Positions 59,303-64,000 of a DNA stretch of 64,000 bases are shown piece after piece. The translations under genes were made by a program, and so were the position numbers. The notes beneath the pieces are model-generated. The model saw only the letters and a program-made list of their open reading frames with translations. It was not told the origin of the DNA and did not search any database. Origin of the DNA: Candidatus Cryptobacteroides sp. (lineage in GTDB: Bacteria > Bacteroidota > Bacteroidia > Bacteroidales > UBA932); assembly GCA_045600565.1 (NCBI GenBank), contig JAZRYB010000057.1, positions 15,044 to 79,043 of the forward strand, read 5' to 3'. Each line of letters starts with the position of its first letter. The stretch's first letter is position 1.

Positions 59303-59689
59303 ATGGCAAAGAAAACTACAACATCAAAGAGAGTTGTCAAGGTTGAAGCTTATGGGCAGGCTCATATTTCATCAACCTTCAACAACGTTATCGTTTCACT
59401 TACCAATGCACAGGGACAGGTTATCAGCTGGTCATCAGCGGGTAAGTGTGGTTTCAGAGGTTCCAAGAAGAATACTCCGTATGCAGCTCAGATGGCGGCA
59501 GAGGATGCTTCCAAGACTGCTTTTGACGCAGGTCTTCGCAAGGTGAAGTGTTATGTAAAAGGTCCTGGTGCCGGTCGTGAATCAGCTATCCGTACCATCA
59601 ACAATGCAGGTATCATCGTTACTGAGATTATCGACGTGACCCCGATGCCTCACAACGGATGCAGACCAAAAGGCCGTCGTAAAGTTTAA
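59303..59689 (+). CDS. rpsK: 30S ribosomal protein S11
   Basis: [23 protein letters not shown]. Confidence 0.99.
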   Translation: MAKKTTTSKRVVKVEAYGQAHISSTFNNVIVSLTNAQGQVISWSSAGKCGFRGSKKNTPYAAQMAAEDASKTAFDAGLRKVKCYVKGPGAGRESAIRTINNAGIIVTEIIDVTPMPHNGCRPKGRRKV

Positions 59690-59710
59690 CCCTTTAAAGA
59701 AAGTATTACT

Positions 59711-60313
59711 ATGGCAAGATATACAGGTCCTAGCACAAAGATCGCCCGTAAGTTTGGCGAGCCTATTTTCGGAGCTGACAAGGATTTTGAGAAGAGAAAT
59801 TATCCTCCGGGACAGCACGGTCTCGCCGCCAAGCGCAAGAAGGCGAAGGATTACGGTTCTCAGCTCAAGGAGAAGCAGAAAGTCAAATATATGTATGGCG
59901 TTCTTGAGCGTCAGTTTAGAAATACCTATGACAAGGCTACACGTATGGCTGGGCAGAAGGGTGAGAACCTTATCATTCTCCTTGAGTCCAGACTTGATAA
60001 CATCGTTTATCGTCTTGGTATAGCTCCTACAAGAGCCGCCGCACGTCAGCTTGTCTCTCATAACCACATCACACTCAACGGTGATGTTTGCAGCATCCCT
60101 TCAGCACAGGTTAAGCCTGGTGATGTAGTAGCTGTAAGAGAGCGGTCAAAGAGCCTTGAGGTTATCCAGAACAGTATTGCTTCTGCAAGCAAATATTCTT
60201 GGCTTGAATTCGATTCCAAGGAACTTTCCGGAAAATTCCTCAATGTCCCTGCACGGACAGAAATCCCTGAGAATATCAACGAACAGCTTATCGTTGACCT
60301 TTACTCCAAGTAA
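59711..60313 (+). CDS. rpsD: 30S ribosomal protein S4
   Basis: QLKEKQK, LESRLDN.VYRLG, ARQLVSH. Confidence 0.99.
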   Translation: MARYTGPSTKIARKFGEPIFGADKDFEKRNYPPGQHGLAAKRKKAKDYGSQLKEKQKVKYMYGVLERQFRNTYDKATRMAGQKGENLIILLESRLDNIVYRLGIAPTRAAARQLVSHNHITLNGDVCSIPSAQVKPGDVVAVRERSKSLEVIQNSIASASKYSWLEFDSKELSGKFLNVPARTEIPENINEQLIVDLYSK

Positions 60314-60338
60314 GATTTAACACCTAAATAAAGATAAT

Positions 60339-61346
60339 ATGGCAATCTTAGCATTTCAAAAACCGGACAAGGTGATAATGCTCGAAGGCAGCGACACCCT
60401 CGGTCGTTTTGAGTTCAGACCGCTTGAGCCTGGATACGGACAGACTATAGGAAACGCGTTGCGTCGAATATTGTTGGCTTCTTTGGAAGGTTTTGCTATC
60501 AGTCAGATCAAGATTTCCGGAGTTGACCAGGAATTTGCCACCATTCCGGGAGTTATTGAGGGGATGCAGGATATCATTCTTAATTTCAAGCAGGTCCGTT
60601 TGAAGAGAATGGTTGATTCCATCGATACTGAGACAGCAAACATCGTTATTAGCGGCAAGCAGGAGTTTACCGCAGAAGATATTTCAAAGGGATTGTCTTC
60701 TTTCAAGGTGTTGAACCCAGATTTGCACATCTGCACACTTGAGCCTTCAGTCAAGTTGGAGATTTCTCTGACCATTACTAAGGGGCGCGGTTTTGTTCCG
60801 GCCGAGGAGAATAGAGATGGGAATGCACCTATCGGCACAATTGCTGTTGATGCAATCTACACTCCTATCCGCAAGGTGAATTGGACGGTGGAAAACTGGC
60901 GTGTTGAACAGAAGACCGACTATGAGAAGCTGAATCTGACGATCGAGACCGACGGTTCCATTTCGCCGAATGCAGCTCTTCAGGATGCAGCAAACATTCT
61001 TATTTACCATTTCAAGCTCTTTACTGATGACAAGAAACTCTCTCTTGAGAATACTGTCGAGAATGACACCAAAGAGCTTGATGAAGAATCTCTCCGTATG
61101 AGACATCTTCTTCTCACAAAGCTTTCAGATATGGGCTTGTCCGTACGTGCATTCAACTGCCTAAAGGCTGCCGATATCGACACTTTCGCTGATCTTGTGG
61201 CCTATTCGAGAAGCGAGCTTATGAAGTTCCGCAATTTCGGTCGCAAGTCTCTCAACGAAATCGACATTCTGGTGGAGAAGATGAAACTTTCATTCGGAAT
61301 GGATGTTACTAAGTATAATATTGAACCTAAGAAAAAGAACGTTTAA
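60339..61346 (+). CDS. rpoA: RNA polymerase subunit alpha
   Basis: [39 protein letters not shown]. Confidence 0.99.
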   Translation: MAILAFQKPDKVIMLEGSDTLGRFEFRPLEPGYGQTIGNALRRILLASLEGFAISQIKISGVDQEFATIPGVIEGMQDIILNFKQVRLKRMVDSIDTETANIVISGKQEFTAEDISKGLSSFKVLNPDLHICTLEPSVKLEISLTITKGRGFVPAEENRDGNAPIGTIAVDAIYTPIRKVNWTVENWRVEQKTDYEKLNLTIETDGSISPNAALQDAANILIYHFKLFTDDKKLSLENTVENDTKELDEESLRMRHLLLTKLSDMGLSVRAFNCLKAADIDTFADLVAYSRSELMKFRNFGRKSLNEIDILVEKMKLSFGMDVTKYNIEPKKKNV

Positions 61347-61348
61347 AA

Positions 61349-61822
61349 ATGAGGCACAATAAAGCAATCAATCATCTTGGTCGCAAGAGCGGACACCGCA
61401 AGGCCCTTCTCGCAAATATGGCTTCATCTCTTATCCTCAAAAAGAGAATCATCACCACGGTTGCGAAGGCAAAGGCTTTGAAGACATACGTTGAACCTCT
61501 CATCACCAAGTCAAAGGAAGATACAACACATTCACGTCGCGTTGTATTCAGCTACCTTAAGGATAAGGCTGCCGTTGCTGAGCTCTTCCGTACAATTGCT
61601 CCGAAGATCGCAGATCGTCCGGGCGGTTATACCAGAGTACTTCATACCGGTTTCAGAAAGGGAGATGCCGCTGAAATGGCTCTCATCGAGCTTGTCGACT
61701 TCAATGAAGCCGCGCTCGCTTCCGCTACTAAGGCTGCTGCCAAGAAGACAACACGACGTAGCTCAAAGAAGAAAGCTGATGAGAATCCTGCTCCTGCAGC
61801 AGAAACCCCGGCTACTGAGTAA
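61349..61822 (+). CDS. rplQ: 50S ribosomal protein L17
   Basis: [20 protein letters not shown]. Confidence 0.99.
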   Translation: MRHNKAINHLGRKSGHRKALLANMASSLILKKRIITTVAKAKALKTYVEPLITKSKEDTTHSRRVVFSYLKDKAAVAELFRTIAPKIADRPGGYTRVLHTGFRKGDAAEMALIELVDFNEAALASATKAAAKKTTRRSSKKKADENPAPAAETPATE

Positions 61823-61838
61823 TCAGTACGACAATATT

Positions 61839-61882
61839 GACAGACAGGGATGGTCAGATGATTTTGACCGTCCCTGTCTGTC
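61839..61882 (+). terminator. 18-bp stem-loop ending the alpha operon
   Basis: GACAGACAGGGATGGTCA/TGACCGTCCCTGTCTGTC (one G.U pair); weak U-tract. Confidence 0.7.
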
Positions 61883-61975
61883 GTTATGTAAAGAAAGAAA
61901 AAGAAACAGACGTTATGAAATTCATTATTAGAAAAAAATATGTAAATTTACCCTGCATATTCGCGCTTGTTTTTG

Positions 61976-63007
61976 ATGAAGAGAATTACGATAAGGGATG
62001 TCGCTAGAGAAGCCGGAGTTTCAGTCACTTTGGTTTCATTTGTGATGAATGCCAAGACAGACAAGGACGGCAAGCTCTCCTGTCCTGTCAATCCTGAAAC
62101 GGCAGGACGAGTCATCGAGGTAGCTCAGCGTCTTGGCTATCGCAGAAATGCGGCCGCGGCATCGCTGCGCAGCGGAAGATCTGACTCCATTGCAGTTATC
62201 ACGACTGACATTTCCAACAATTTTTTTGCCGGTGTCTCCCGTATCATAGAGGATAAGGCGGCCAGTTATGGATATACTGTGCTTTTCGGAAGCTCCGATG
62301 AGAATGTCCAGAAATTGGAATCTATTCTGGATACAGTTCAGGCTTACAATATTGACGGAATAATAGTTGCGCCTGTATCCGGGTGCGAGAGCGCTATCAG
62401 ACGCCTTCGTGCCGCCAACATCCCGGTTGTCCTTCTCGACAGGGACATAGAGAACATCTCAGATGTGTCAAAGGTCCTCCTTGATGATGTGGAGGCGGGA
62501 AGAATCGCTACTGACCTTCTTCTTGACAATGGATATGAAAAGATAGAAATGATTTCATATTCATTAGGGATTTCTTCCTTGACTGAAAGGGAAAAAGGCT
62601 ATAAGGCGGCAATGATTTCCAGGGGTCTGGAGAAGTATATTACGATACATCATACTACATATGCGACTGTGGTTGAAGATGTTGAGAAGATGATAGAGGA
62701 GGCGCGCTCAAGAGGGACAGAGGCATTCTTTCTCCCTACCTATTCTCTCTCCGCTCAAGTTATGACTGTGATGAAGGAAATGAATCTCAGCACGCCTGAC
62801 GATTTTGCCATAGTCGGATTCGACAAGAGCAACATATATAAGCTTTTCTCCACGACAATCGCCCATATCCAGCAGCCTCTCAGAGAGCTTGGCGAGAAGA
62901 GCGTGGAGTTGCTTCACGAATTGATAGAATCAAATGCAAATACAAAAACAATTGTGTTAAAACCTACGCTTGTGCCGGGCGGATCGGCGCAGAAAAAAAC
63001 ACTATGA
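61976..63007 (+). CDS. LacI-family transcriptional regulator
   Basis: TIRDVAREAGVS..LVS, LGY.RN..A.SLR, IVGFD. Confidence 0.95.
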   Translation: MKRITIRDVAREAGVSVTLVSFVMNAKTDKDGKLSCPVNPETAGRVIEVAQRLGYRRNAAAASLRSGRSDSIAVITTDISNNFFAGVSRIIEDKAASYGYTVLFGSSDENVQKLESILDTVQAYNIDGIIVAPVSGCESAIRRLRAANIPVVLLDRDIENISDVSKVLLDDVEAGRIATDLLLDNGYEKIEMISYSLGISSLTEREKGYKAAMISRGLEKYITIHHTTYATVVEDVEKMIEEARSRGTEAFFLPTYSLSAQVMTVMKEMNLSTPDDFAIVGFDKSNIYKLFSTTIAHIQQPLRELGEKSVELLHELIESNANTKTIVLKPTLVPGGSAQKKTL

Positions 63008-64000
63008 GACACTTTGTACTACCATCCATCGGTGGCCTGGATGAGGCCAATCTTCCAAGAAACATTATTCATACTTACGAGAAAATCAATACCGAGATCT
63101 ATGAGGACGAAGCTCAGGCATCGGCGGACATAGCTCAATTGATTGTCAATGAAATAAAGAAGTCAGCAGAGACTGATTCCGGCCGCGTTTTCCGTCTGGG
63201 ACTTGCAACAGGAAATACTCCGATTTCGGTTTACAAGAATCTCGCTAAAAAGTTCAAGGCTGGCGAGATATCTTTTGTAAATGTAGAGATAGTGACAATT
63301 GATGAGTATTATCCGATAGCTCACGGTGCCAAGCAGAGCCGCAATAACAGACTTCACGAAGAATTTATCAATCTTGTAGATGTCCGTCCCGAGAATGTTT
63401 ATATTCCAGATGGAGAAGTGCCGCACGATAAAGTTTCAGATTATTGTGCAGAGTTTGAGAAAGTGGCCAGGAATCTGGACCTTCTCGTAATAGGAATGGG
63501 AGAAGAGGGGCAGATAGGCTTCAATGAGGCCGGTTCTTCTTCGCAGACACATACAAGGCTTGTCCCTCTTTCATACCAGTCCAGGAAGCGGCAGGCAAGA
63601 AATTTCAATGGAGCAGTCGAAGATACTCCTACAACAGCTATCACTATGGGTATCAGCACAATGAAGAGTGCTAAAAAGATAATTCTGATGGCTTGGGGAG
63701 AGAGCAAGGCGGAAGCTGTTCTTAAAGTTGCCGAAGGACGCTCGGATTCCAACTGTCCTGCCACACGTCTTCAGTATCACGATGATGTCACCTTGTTTGT
63801 GGACAGTACAGCCGGCAGCCTTTTGACCAGAGTCACTTGCCCTTGGATGGTCGGACGTTGTAAATGGACTCCGAAGCTGATTCGTACAGCCGTTGTCTGG
63901 CTTTGCCAGAGAGTTCACAAGCCTATTCTCAAACTGTCGCTTCAAGATTATCTTGAGAATTCACTCAGCGAGCTTCTTGAGCTTTACGGGCCGTATCACA
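63004..64000 (+). CDS. Glucosamine-6-phosphate deaminase-like protein, long form (truncated by window edge; not in ORF track)
   Basis: Manual translation: LGLATGNTP..VY, IDEYYP, YIPDG, GQIGFNEAG, AITMGI, AWGESKA, then the PW.V...W...AVVWL extension typical of long NagB fusions; ATGA overlap with the LacI stop. Confidence 0.85.
   Translation, partial: MRHFVLPSIGGLDEANLPRNIIHTYEKINTEIYEDEAQASADIAQLIVNEIKKSAETDSGRVFRLGLATGNTPISVYKNLAKKFKAGEISFVNVEIVTIDEYYPIAHGAKQSRNNRLHEEFINLVDVRPENVYIPDGEVPHDKVSDYCAEFEKVARNLDLLVIGMGEEGQIGFNEAGSSSQTHTRLVPLSYQSRKRQARNFNGAVEDTPTTAITMGISTMKSAKKIILMAWGESKAEAVLKVAEGRSDSNCPATRLQYHDDVTLFVDSTAGSLLTRVTCPWMVGRCKWTPKLIRTAVVWLCQRVHKPILKLSLQDYLENSLSELLELYGPYH

Noticed and set aside
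52934-61822. Terminal extensions on L5 (N-terminal) and L17 (C-terminal); also S3 at 38934-39689
   Set aside because: The L17 and S3 tails are typical of the phylum, and the L5 extension is short and low-information
1-64000. Search for tRNA, rRNA, CRISPR arrays, known riboswitches, integrases, transposases and defence systems
   Set aside because: None recognised by eye; tRNAscan-SE, Infernal/Rfam and DefenseFinder runs would be needed to exclude weak hits

Overview
Core-genome segment of a Bacteroidales bacterium, judged from TAnnTTTG promoters, a Bacteroidota-type EF-G2 and DUF1080/DUF3098/DUF4294-type genes; the finer lineage cannot be fixed from sequence alone. Left to right: 5' end of mutS; GT4-YfhO-rsmA; rnhB-S46 peptidase-mrp; a divergent locus with two Gfo/Idh/MocA oxidoreductases, a DUF1080 protein, an ApbE flavin transferase and a small membrane protein; fusA2-aspS; a cellobiose 2-epimerase-like gene; yraN-manC-dapB-dapA; murA; thrB-thrC; a TolC/HlyD/two-permease exporter with divergent AraC; dacA-mutS2-murB; the S10-spc-alpha ribosomal cluster in two pieces; LacI and a truncated NagB-like gene. 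I found no tRNA, rRNA, CRISPR array, integrase or transposase. Main observations: (1) an unannotated Thr-rich leader peptide with a full attenuator structure upstream of thrBC; (2) IS5/IS1031-like end remnants, two bracketing thrBC where thrA is absent and one collapsed into a 21-bp element between TTA duplications; (3) the S10 operon lacks rpsJ and is split between rpsC and rplP by 11.6 kb of housekeeping genes, each half with its own promoter and candidate leader structure; (4) strong Shine-Dalgarno sequences at five large-subunit r-protein genes, while many other genes look leaderless; (5) an ApbE embedded in a 3-keto-glycoside-type locus; (6) a prion-like Gly/Tyr tract in a lipoprotein. 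All family calls are by motif recognition; no database search was run.
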